A stretch of DNA of 63,810 bases from NCBI RefSeq assembly GCF_001194135.2, contig NC_068981.1, positions 84,200,798-84,264,607 of the forward strand, written 5' to 3'. Positions 53,159-63,810 of this stretch are shown here, piece by piece; position 1 is the first letter of the stretch, and each line of letters opens with the position of its first letter. The position numbers and the translations under genes are program-made. The notes under the pieces are model-generated. The model saw only the letters and a list, made by a program, of their open reading frames with translations. It was not told the origin of the DNA and did no database searches. The stretch comes from Octopus bimaculoides. Lineage: Eukaryota.

Positions 53159-53327
53159 TTATATACTAATCTTTTGTGGGATATTAATAACAGGTAATTG
53201 TAGACCGAAATGTAAGTGAAAATTCTTTCGAGCCTCCGTTACTGTTATTTTACTTCAGCACTCATTCAAGTTATTAAGAAAAAAGTTTATGTCTTGTATC
53301 CTATCAAAACGAATTAATATTAAGGAA

Positions 53328-53534
53328 GCTCGACGAGCTAACAGAATAGTTACTGCGCCGGACAAAATGCTTAACAGCATTTTGTCCGTCTTCACGTTCA
53401 GAGTTCAAATTCAGCCGAAATCGACCTTGCCTTTTATCCTTTCGGGATCAATAAAATAAGTACCAGTTGAGAAATCGAATTATCCCATCCCTTGAACTCC
53501 CTGGCCTTATGCCAAAATTTAAAATCAATATTAA
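53328..53534 (+). mobile_element. SINE family A
   Basis: gagctaacagaatagttac..gagttcaaattcagccga..ggccttatgccaaaatttaaa. Confidence 0.85.
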
Positions 53535-55313
53535 GTTCTAGTAATTAAATGCTCTTTTAAGAACATAAGTTCTAGTGTAAGAAAAACAAGAATATGACAT
53601 TTCTCTTTTCCAGTGTTCCTAAAAAAAGCATAAATTCCTGAACACATTAAAAGATCAACTCCGCCTTTACAATGTGTTTTCGTTAGCATTCATAACAGCT
53701 ATTACAAACAATGACAAGAAACGGATAAATATGTTGTTCTTTTTACTTAAGAAAACAGCTTTATTACCTTTCTACATGCATATCTAATGTAAACGTGGAC
53801 ATTGGCTAGGTAAGAGTTATAAAGAAAGATGAAGAAAATAAATGAGCTTGAGATGGGTCATAAATGCATATCTCCTAGCTATTCTGATTCGCATTCCGTC
53901 TTTCACTTGTTGTATATTATTGTATATTTATTCTTAACGCATTCTGTGTACACAATGTCATAAATATCATAAGCATGGATTTCTATTCAATATTAAGAAT
54001 TTTAAATCGATCGAGAAAATACGCATTTCGAGCTTCAAAATATTGAACCCAGCTCAATAAAGTTAAATCGCATAGAAGAAAGAACGAAGCAAGCAAAAAA
54101 TTACAGAAACATCGGAAAAAACCCAAAAAGAAACAGAAAATACCTGAATGAAGAAAATAGAGAAGAAAAAAAGAGATGAGTGATCGAACACGATTCAAAT
54201 AAATAAGAGAACAAGGAAGAAAGGAAGAGGAGTCAAAAATGCAATATGTGGAATGGAAAAATAAATGAAAAGAAATATGAAAAGTATAACAAAGAAAAGG
54301 AGAGAAATAGGAAGAAAATTTGGAAGATGTCAGATGGAATATATATCGATGAATGAATGTAAAAATCTAGTTCATATAATACGATGCATGAAAGGAAGAA
54401 AATATAGAAGTGGAGAAAGTTTTAAATGACAATAAATTGACGATACAGGCAATCTACGAATTAAAGGAGGGGGAGATAAAAAGAAAAAAGAAAGAAAGGG
54501 TGAAAGAAAGAAATAGAATGACAGAAAAAAGAACCAATGAAGGAGCAAAACATTGAAAGGAAGAAGATGGAAAATCGAAAACGAAATGAAAGAATAAAAG
54601 ACAAAAGACAAAAATATAAAGGGAGAAAACGAGGGTAATGTCTGCAAAATACAGAAAGATTAAAAAAGTGACGAGTTGCGAAAAAAGAAAATATTTGAAA
54701 ACGGAATAAAAATAAAATGTTGAGAAAATATGTATGAAAAATGGAAGGATGAAAAGTGTGAAGCGGAAGCAAAAGAATATTATTAAAGAGGATAAACTAA
54801 GCCGGAAGAGTAAAAATAAATTCTAACATTGAGATTAGTTTAGAAATCTCGACTGGGTTAAGGGAATTACTTGATCGTATTATCTTTAATATTAAAAATT
54901 GGAATGGTACTTTACTTTGCAGAGGTTTGATGAAAGACAAAGTTGATTGTAGTGGGAGTTTGAACTCAGAACGAAAATATTTTAAAAGTAAATAACGCAA
55001 TGTATTTTTTCCAGCGCTCTTACAATTCTACTAGGTCCAGCCGGATTGATAAAATAAAAATAAATATATAAACAATAGAGGAAAATGAGACCTAAATAAA
55101 TAATAACTGAAAAGTAGGGGACCAATTATGGAAATATATTAAAAAGAACAAAGAGAAAAATAAATCAGTTTAACAAGCGAATCCATTTTACATCCAACTT
55201 TATATACACAGAGAGGCCCAAAAGTTTGAATAACTATGATGTGAACCTAAACCATTTATGTAAATGTCGAGATCAGCAACGATTTCAAACTCTTAGTTTT
55301 CGAAATCTAAACG

Positions 55314-55331
55314 TAACCCTAACCCTAACCC
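55314..55331. repeat. (TAACCC)3 telomere-like hexamer, interstitial
   Basis: Directly visible; very short. Confidence 0.6.
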
Positions 55332-55571
55332 TTAAATATATGGAAACTGAACCATTCTTAGACTATCTGTATTGATGGTACCAAAGGTGAATATGATAGC
55401 CTCCAGCTATAACTCTTATTTGAATCATATAGATCACTGGTTTCTGATGATTTTCACATGAAACAAAAATCAAGAAACTGCATGTCAGTAGATCTATATA
55501 GACGGTGATGTGGACTAGGTCTCCACTTCTATCTTCATCGAACGGTTTCGTCTAAAATATTTCCTGTCACT

Positions 55572-55790
55572 GATATTGGTTTCAAATTTTGGCATAAAGA
55601 CGGCAATTTCGGAGCACGGTTAAATCGATTACATCGACACCAGTACTCAGCAGATACTTATTTCATCAACTCTGAACGGATGACAGGCAAAGTTGACCTC
55701 GGTGGAATTTGAACTCAAAACTTAAAGACGGACGAAATACCGCTAGGCATTTTCCACGGCGTGCTACTGATTCTGCCAGCTCGCCGCCTT
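55572..55790 (-). mobile_element. SINE family A, full length
   Basis: atattggtttcaaattttggc..ggaatttgaactca..gattctgccagctcgccgcctt. Confidence 0.9.
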
Positions 55791-56893
55791 TCATACAACT
55801 AATATCAAAATGAAGTGAAGCAATGCTTTGTTGAAATGACATTTTACGTCGTTGTAACAGAAGAGTGCCATGAGAGGTTGAGAGAAAAAATACTATACTT
55901 TATTTACGGTATGAATTAAATGAATAGATGCGTAAGCGTAAGGAAAGTATTAAAAATGATTAGTGCAATATAACTGCATTGATTGTACGTATTAGTCTTA
56001 TGTGTGACCATTTGTACGGTTGGTAGTTGAATAGTAGTCGAAGCGTGTAGTATTGTGTATCGAGAGACAAGTGGAGAAGTTCAAATAGGGGATTAATATA
56101 TTCGATGACACAAATAACAGATGTTTATATGCATGTATATATGTATGCACACACACACACATACGCACACACACACATATATATTTAATGATGAATTGTA
56201 CTTCATTATTGAATATAATGTGCAAATAACTGAAACGTTCATTTAAGAGAACTTTGCTTCCTTTCAACTTGGGAAGAAACATTTTGTTTCCCTGATGTTT
56301 ATCGAAGAAATCAGTACAGTGATTGATTCTACGGTAACTGCAGTGAATTTGCCTTCTGGCAGTTGAAATATATCACAAACGTATTTTAACTAACTTAAAC
56401 TTTGCTTATACCTAAATACTGCTTCACGCTAATATTTCGTTATTTATCACGATCGGGCGATCCACAAGTGAAAATCACTCAACGTTGTTGTCTGTACTTT
56501 ACATAAAGCTATTGCTTTATAAGATTTGTTCAGAGTTGCCTCTCCTAAGTACCTCCCATTGATAAAAACCAACCAGCATGAAACATCGATCTCTTGGAGT
56601 CCTGATACATGGCGACACTAAACAATAAGACCTTTTTATAATAAGAGACGGTAGCTGCAGTGACTTTGCCTTTTAGTAGTTGAAGTATGTCACAAACATT
56701 TTAACTAACCTAAACTTTGCATATATTTATATATATATNNNNNNNNNNNNNNNNNNNNNNNNNNNNNNNNNNNNNNNNNNNNNNNNNNNNNNNNNNNNNN
56801 NNNNNNNNNNNNNNNNNNNNNNNNNNNNNNNNNNNNNNNNNNNNNNNNNNNNNNNNNNNNNNNNNNNNNNNNNNNNNNNNNNNNNNNNNNNNN

Positions 56894-56926
<33 letters not shown>

Positions 56927-58399
56927 TACAGAGAGAGAGAGAGAGAGAGATAGATAGATGTACAGAGAGAGAGGGGGGGGCAGACAGAGACAGAAAGTCT
57001 GACTCAAACAAACAGACAAGTGAAGCAGACTCGGAGAACAGAGGGCAAGTCATTGATGAGGCGACGAAAGGATTTTGACAGGCTACTAATTGATTGTTTA
57101 ACCGACTGATTAAACAAGTGCTCGATTATTTAGTTGATTGAATATTGATCAATTGTTGTGAGGTGGAATTTGAACCATTGCGTGTGTTTAATATCGACAT
57201 AATCACCCTTCCAAAATACTCCAAAAACTGATATCAATACAAGAGTTTACATCAAGAATTTCGGAAACCAAATAAAGCACAAATACACGAAATATATATT
57301 TTTTTATTTTCTCCCTTAGAAGCCGCTGTATCTTACAAACTAAAATCTTCTTTTCAGCATAGATTCCTAAAGTCATAACATTCATCATCATGGCAAAAGA
57401 GAAGTGTCACCCACAAAGTTCTCTTGTTATCGATAACGTGACTTGTCCCCTCAATCTCTCTTTCTCAGTCGTTTATTTCTCTCTGGCATTCACCTCTATT
57501 TCCTTTCCCTCCATTATTTCGCAGTTGTTTCCATCTTCCCATATACCTCCACCCACTCAACATATTCATGTTCACTCACTTTCTCTCGTTCTGACTTACA
57601 CACTTTTTTATCGTTCACTTTTTCATATCTTTCATTTCTTCTTTTTTCTGATAGGTAATTATCCTTTATCTTTATCTCTTTCTTTTTTCCCTTCCTTCGT
57701 CACACACACTCATCTACGGACACGTAAACTCTGTGTCCTTTTCTTTTTTCTTTTTCTTTTTCTCTTTCTATTACCTCCATTCTTCCCACTCACAAATTCT
57801 TTTCTTCATCTTTCTGTCTATCTTTCGGTACTGAGTAACAATTCATCATTCTCTTTCTCCCTCTTTCTATCACTCTTTCCCTCTTTCTCTCCCTCTCTCT
57901 CTCTCTCTTATCCGCACTGCTCTTAAATATACCTCAACAGTAACTTCCGCCTTGACTTTCAGTTATCACTGCCATGACTCAAGAACACTACCACCATCAC
58001 CCTCAGCATAATAATCATTGCCAGTACCATCCGTGTCTTTCCCTCTTTCTCCAACTCATCATTATCCCTATTACCATTAATATCCTAATCATAATCACCC
58101 TCTTTTAACACCACATACAACAACAACAAAACTCAAGGACATATACATCATGACAATCTTCAATTTCTTTTTCCTCATTAGACTCGTAAGACTCTTCAAA
58201 ATTTACAAGGAATTTGACACCAATACAATAGCTACCATCTGACACAATCATCATATCTATAAGTACTATTACTATGACGATCTGTAACTACTGTATATCA
58301 ATAGACATACTGTAAAATGTTGATACTCCACTACAACTAATCTAGCGTTGGAAATTCTAAAATATAGGCCTAATTTAATTAATAATGAATTATTTGATC

Positions 58400-58997
58400 C
58401 CAATTATTTAATAGAACTTTGTTAAGAATATTTGCTTAAAACTTCAACTAATGGGCACCGTCTGTGAGAAAAACAGCGCATGAAGAAATTCACTCTGCCA
58501 TAAATTTGGAAACAATATTGTACTGCTTGGCATTCGCGCCGGAAGCTCCAATGCAAACATTTCAGAGTGTTTGGGTGTCAATCTGAGGAGAGGGCAATGT
58601 GAGGACATGCACTGAGATTGAGTCAGTGTTTGGAGCGATCACTAGTGATGACAACGTTATGCCGGCATTATTCTTCCCACACGGCCTCAAACTCAATACA
58701 GAGGCCTACATCTAGTGCCTGGAGAAGGTAGTACTGCCCTGTGTCAAGTGGCTGGCTGCTGGAAGACCCTGTGTCTGGCAACAAGACTCTGTACCATACC
58801 ATACAAGCAGGAGAACCCAGTCATGACTGTCAGACAATTTCTGCGACCTCATCACTCTTAACATCCATCCTCCTAACTCCCCAGACTGCAATCCCTTTAG
58901 TTATTACGTGAAGGGTGGAGTTGAGCGAGAGACCAAAGAAACTCCTTGTAACACCAAAGACAAACTAAAAGCAAGAATTATGGCAGCATTCACCAAC
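58400..58997 (+). pseudogene. Tc1/mariner DD37D (maT/Bmmar1-type) transposase relic, internally deleted
   Basis: N-terminal LGIRAGSSNANISECLGVNLR; from 58626 VFGAITSD..WQQDSVPYH..PPNSPDCNPF(S)YY..LKARIMAAFTN; 37 residues between the QQD aspartate and the mutated third-D position; in-frame stops. Confidence 0.88.
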
Positions 58998-59134
58998 TAC
59001 GACTTTTACTTCCTCTAAGCGATCGGGTTCGGTCGTCTTCTCCAGGCCATCTGAGAACGCGCCGACGACGGCGCGGAACGTCGCCGCGCGTAAGCGGACT
59101 CGTCGGCCAGATCCGAGGACCTCACCGGACCGTT

Positions 59135-59179
<45 letters not shown>

Positions 59180-59297
59180 GATCGACGCGGGCTGATGACC
59201 CGCGCCTACCGGGAATTCCTCGTTCATGGGGGTTGGTTCCAAGCCCCGATCCCTATCACGGGAGGTGGTTCAGAGGTTTCCCGACCCTCTCGGGCCG
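58998..59297 (-). rRNA. 18S: 18S rRNA 3'-domain fragment (orphan, probably a pseudogene)
   Basis: Minus strand reads ..GTCCCTGCCCTTTGTACACACCGCCCGTCGCTACTACCGATTGAA..TAGAGGAAGTAAAAGTCGTA; ends before AACAAGG; GC-rich; the other side is in a gap. Confidence 0.97.
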
Positions 59298-60012
59298 NNN
59301 NNNNNNNNNNNNNNNNNNNNNNNNNNNNNNNNNNNNNNNNNNNNNNNNNNNNNNNNNNNNNNNNNNNNNNNNNNNNNNNNNNNNNNNNNNNNNNNNNNNN
59401 NNNNNNNNNNNNNNNNNNNNNNNNNNNNNNNNNNNNNNNNNNNNNNNNNNNNNNNNNNNNNNNNNNNNNNNNNNNNNNNNNNNNNNNNNNNNNNNNNNNN
59501 NNNNNNNNNNNNNNNNNNNNNNNNNNNNNNNNNNNNNNNNNNNNNNNNNNNNNNNNNNNNNNNNNNNNNNNNNNNNNNNNNNNNNNNNNNNNNNNNNNNN
59601 NNNNNNNNNNNNNNNNNNNNNNNNNNNNNNNNNNNNNNNNNNNNNNNNNNNNNNNNNNNNNNNNNNNNNNNNNNNNNNNNNNNNNNNNNNNNNNNNNNNN
59701 NNNNNNNNNNNNNNNNNNNNNNNNNNNNNNNNNNNNNNNNNNNNNNNNNNNNNNNNNNNNNNNNNNNNNNNNNNNNNNNNNNNNNNNNNNNNNNNNNNNN
59801 NNNNNNNNNNNNNNNNNNNNNNNNNNNNNNNNNNNNNNNNNNNNNNNNNNNNNNNNNNNNNNNNNNNNNNNNNNNNNNNNNNNNNNNNNNNNNNNNNNNN
59901 NNNNNNNNNNNNNNNNNNNNNNNNNNNNNNNNNNNNNNNNNNNNNNNNNNNNNNNNNNNNNNNNNNNNNNNNNNNNNNNNNNNNNNNNNNNNNNNNNNNN
60001 NNNNNNNNNNNN

Positions 60013-60043
<31 letters not shown>

Positions 60044-60044
60044 C

Positions 60045-60077
<33 letters not shown>

Positions 60078-60139
60078 TGTATGTATGCGTATATGCATGT
60101 ATGCATGTATGTATGTGTATACATTTAAAAATTTGTGCG

Positions 60140-60445
60140 GGCGAGGCTGTGTGGTAAGAGTACACTGCGTGGGCAGAGTGATTTTTACTATAAGCCTAGG
60201 CCGCCCAATTCCTTGTAAGTGGATCTAGTAGTCGGAAAGCAGCTCGCTGCAAATATCTCTTTTGTACTGTTTTAGTCATTTGATTGCGGTCAGGCTGGGG
60301 CACCACCTTGAAGGGTTTTAGTCGAACAAATGGACTAATTGTACCAGTCTCTTTTGCTGAATCGTTAATTACAGGGACATAAACACATCAACAAGGGGTT
60401 GTCAAGCAGTAGTGGAGGGACAAACACAGACATAAGGACACGCAC
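60140..60445. mobile_element. SINE family B fragments: head (+, 60140-60240) and tail (-, 60270-60445)
   Basis: ggctgtgtggtaag..agcctaggccgccc; gctggggcaccaccttgaagg..gggacataaacac. Confidence 0.7.
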
Positions 60446-60887
60446 ATGTCCATTTATATATATATNNNNNNNNNNNNNNNNNNNNNNNNNNNNNNNNNNN
60501 NNNNNNNNNNNNNNNNNNNNNNNNNNNNNNNNNNNNNNNNNNNNNNNNNNNNNNNNNNNNNNNNNNNNNNNNNNNNNNNNNNNNNNNNNNNNNNNNNNNN
60601 NNNNNNNNNNNNNNNNNNNNNNNNNNNNNNNNNNNNNNNNNNNNNNNNNNNNNNNNNNNNNNNNNNNNNNNNNNNNNNNNNNNNNNNNNNNNNNNNNNNN
60701 NNNNNNNNNNNNNNNNNNNNNNNNNNNNNNNNNNNNNNNNNNNNNNNNNNNNNNNNNNNNNNNNNNNNNNNNNNNNNNNNNNNNNNNNNNNNNNNNNNNN
60801 NNNNNNNNNNNNNNNNNNNNNNNNNNNNNNNNNNNNNNNNNNNNNNNNNNNNNNNNNNNNNNNNNNNNNNNNNNNNNNNNNNNNNNN

Positions 60888-60920
<33 letters not shown>

Positions 60921-61586
60921 GAAAGTCGAGAGGCACTAACCTTTGGGAAAAGATTTCACAAAATGTTTGTGGCTTTTGCTTTTATAGATGTGCAAGCGCT
61001 TACAGCTCTTAACGTTTTCAAGCATGTGTTATTACATATAGTGAAAGTCGTTTTCAGTAAAATTGTTGTCGACTATTTCCGGTTTAGTTTCGGACTCAGA
61101 AATCTTATAAAATATTCCTCTTTCCCCTTCCGGAGAGGGTCGTTCTCTTCATTTATTTTATGATGAAGGAAAATTTACAATTTTCCCTATGCACAAGTAC
61201 CCACGATGCAACGAACATTATATTGGAGAAACAGAAACGAAACTAACCAATCTGGTAAATGTGCACAGACATCAAATAAAACATCTCACACTTAGATGCA
61301 TACCATGAAGTGATCATTTGGACACCTGTGCACAAGGAAAATATTTCAATTTCCCTCTTCAAATGAAGAGAACGACTTTCTCCGGAAGGCGAAGGAGGAA
61401 TATTTTATTAGTCCGAAACTAAACCGGAAATAGTCAACAACAATTTTACTGAAAACAGCTTTCACTATATGTAATAACACATGCTTGAAAATGTTAAGAG
61501 CTGTAAGCGCTTGCAAATCTATAAAAAACAAAAGACACACCCATTTTGTGATATCTCTTCCCAAAGATTAGTGCCTTTCGACTTTC
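60921..61586 (+). mobile_element. Penelope-like element 3' end (GIY-YIG endonuclease and 3' UTR) preceded by an inverted copy of its own terminus
   Basis: 61198-61433 encodes (Y)PRCNEHYIGETETKL..HRHQI..DHLDTC..KEEYFI(RFL)SPKLNRK*; arms 60921-61154 and 61361-61586 are inverted repeats, about 90% identical by eye. Confidence 0.85.
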
Positions 61587-61675
61587 TAAAGAGGTTCTTT
61601 TCTCAATCTTAACTCTTCGAGAAAAAAATCTTCTCTCCAAATATATATATATATATATATTCAACATATATACAC

Positions 61676-63453
61676 ATATATAATTTCCTATAGCTATAAG
61701 TTAGTACGATATATGTATTGTACAAAATTGATGTGGTTTTAGAGTCAAGTTTTGACTGCTATCTCTAGCATGGTGGTATCTTTTAGATACCCTTAATTAT
61801 AATTTTACTAATAATTATTACCTATAAAGTTTTTATTCCCATGCTGGCCACCTGATATGGTCGGTATTTTAAATAATGATTTTATCCTTATTTATATCAA
61901 TTTATATATTTACTTCGTCATTATATTCACTGCAGTGGTATTTTGACCATATAGCACGTGAAGTTTAGACGGGTAATTAAACTGGTTGGTGCATACGTAC
62001 ATATATATGTATACGTGCGTATATGTAAGCATTCGTATGTTGTATATANNNNNNNNNNNNNNNNNNNNNNNNNNNNNNNNNNNNNNNNNNNNNNNNNNNN
62101 NNNNNNNNNNNNNNNNNNNNNNNNNNNNNNNNNNNNNNNNNNNNNNNNNNNNNNNNNNNNNNNNNNNNNNNNNNNNNNNNNNNNNNNNNNNNNNNNNNNN
62201 NNNNNNNNNNNNNNNNNNNNNNNNNNNNNNNNNNNNNNNNNNNNNNNNNNNNNNNNNNNNNNNNNNNNNNNNNNNNNNNNNNNNNNNNNNNNNNNNNNNN
62301 NNNNNNNNNNNNNNNNNNNNNNNNNNNNNNNNNNNNNNNNNNNNNNNNNNNNNNNNNNNNNNNNNNNNNNNNNNNNNNNNNNNNNNNNNNNNNNNNNNNN
62401 NNNNNNNNNNNNNNNNNNNNNNNNNNNNNNNNNNNNNNNNNNNNNNNNNNNNNNNNNNNNNNNNNNNNNNNNNNNNNNNNNNNNNNNNNNNNNNNNNNNN
62501 NNNNNNNNNNNNNNNNNNNNNNNNNNNNNNNNNNNNNNNNNNNNNNNNNNNNNNNNNNNNNNNNNNNNNNNNNNNNNNNNNNNNNNNNNNNNNNNNNNNN
62601 NNNNNNNNNNNNNNNNNNNNNNNNNNNNNNNNNNNNNNNNNNNNNNNNNNNNNNNNNNNNNNNNNNNNNNNNNNNNNNNNNNNNNNNNNNNNNNNNNNNN
62701 NNNNNNNNNNNNNNNNNNNNNNNNNNNNNNNNNNNNNNNNNNNNNNNNNNNNNNNNNNNNNNNNNNNNNNNNNNNNNNNNNNNNNNNNNNNNNNNNNNNN
62801 NNNNNNNNNNNNNNNNNNNNNNNNNNNNNNNNNNNNNATATATATATATATATACATACATATGTTTATACGTCTGTATGTATGTTTGTATGTATATGTG
62901 TGGGTACGTTTGTGTCTTTGCCTTTGTGCAATTTACCTATGTAACTCTTCATGTATTCCTTTCTATCTCAATATAGACATATACATACAACGTATGACGC
63001 ACATAGACACACGTGTGGGTGTGGGTGTGTTTGCGATAAAAATTACGAAACACATCCCCAAAATAAGAAGCGGATATCCTGTAACAAATAAAATCATAAA
63101 TACATAAATAAAACACATATAAGAAAATATAATTGTAAACAGGCTTCATCCTCATCTTCAGCGTTGTTTTGTATTGCTTCTTTTCTTTTGGCTGTTGTTT
63201 TATATTTGCCTAATTTTTCCGTTTTCGAGTCAAGCAGTGAGAGACACGTGTTAGAGTTCTGGATTGAACATGAAATACATAACTAAAATAACACATATTC
63301 AATGCCTTATACATTAAGTTGTGGTCGTCTTAAAGTCTTCAAACATTGTTACAAATAATACATACAGAGACTGACACTTAAAGCCCACGGACGTTCATAT
63401 GCGTATGTAGGCTGTATGTGTGTAGATGCATATGTATATGTATTATAGACATA

Positions 63454-63487
<34 letters not shown>

Positions 63488-63763
63488 CATATATGTCTGT
63501 ATGTATGTATGTATGTGTGTGAGTGCGTGTATAAATGCGTATAAAGAGAGAGAGAGAGAAACATGCATAAACATATATACATATATGTACACGCAGATAT
63601 GTGTATGTGTGTATATATATGTGTGTGTGATTTTCTGTTTGCGATGCGTGAGAAAGAGGAGAGAGGATGAGAGAGAGAGGATTGTGTTTGTTACTGTGTG
63701 TGTACTGAAAGATATATAATTTCCTATAGCTATAAGTTAATACGATATATGTATTGTACAAAA
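61676..63763 (+). repeat. 52-bp direct repeat pair (61676-61727 and 63712-63763)
   Basis: atatataatttcctatagctataagtta(g/a)tacgatatatgtattgtacaaaa; one mismatch. Confidence 0.9.
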
Positions 63764-63771
63764 ATTACACT

Positions 63772-63810
<39 letters not shown>

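Noticed and set aside
55200-55340. Tc1-like TIR and a telomere fusion site
   Set aside because: No partner TIR; only three hexamers and no inverted array
54000-57930. Purine- and pyrimidine-rich ORFs (F/L/S-rich, up to 178 aa)
   Set aside because: Low-complexity strand bias, no domain signal
58998-59297. Bacterial 16S or a functional rDNA unit
   Set aside because: Motifs are eukaryotic 18S; truncated before the 3' end, with no ITS or 28S nearby

Overview
AT-rich, microsatellite-dense eukaryotic genomic DNA with 17 N-gaps, most of them flanked by simple repeats (typical of a short-read assembly). The tRNA-derived SINE families and a GC-rich, expanded 18S rRNA fragment point to an octopus/coleoid cephalopod (inference). 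I can support no host protein-coding gene, so the window looks intergenic or intronic; nearly all long ORFs in the track are microsatellite or N-gap artefacts. The real content is a layered set of mobile elements: (1) about 30 SINE copies built from interchangeable heads and tails; (2) R4/Dong-clade non-LTR fragments with (AAT)n tails; (3) Tx1/L1-like 3' ends; (4) a Penelope-like RT fragment and a separate Penelope GIY-YIG end in inverted-repeat form; (5) two LTRs; (6) a DD37D (maT) transposase relic fused to an 18S rDNA piece; (7) a Tigger/pogo element, a mariner end and Helentron-type (HINE) elements; (8) a complete 529-bp hAT MITE with 8-bp TSDs. The core of that hAT element closely resembles primate MER1/Charlie3 as I recall it, making it a horizontal-transfer candidate and the top lead. 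Family names come from motif recognition and memory, not database searches. SINE family labels A/B/C are my own, and boundaries of decayed copies are approximate.
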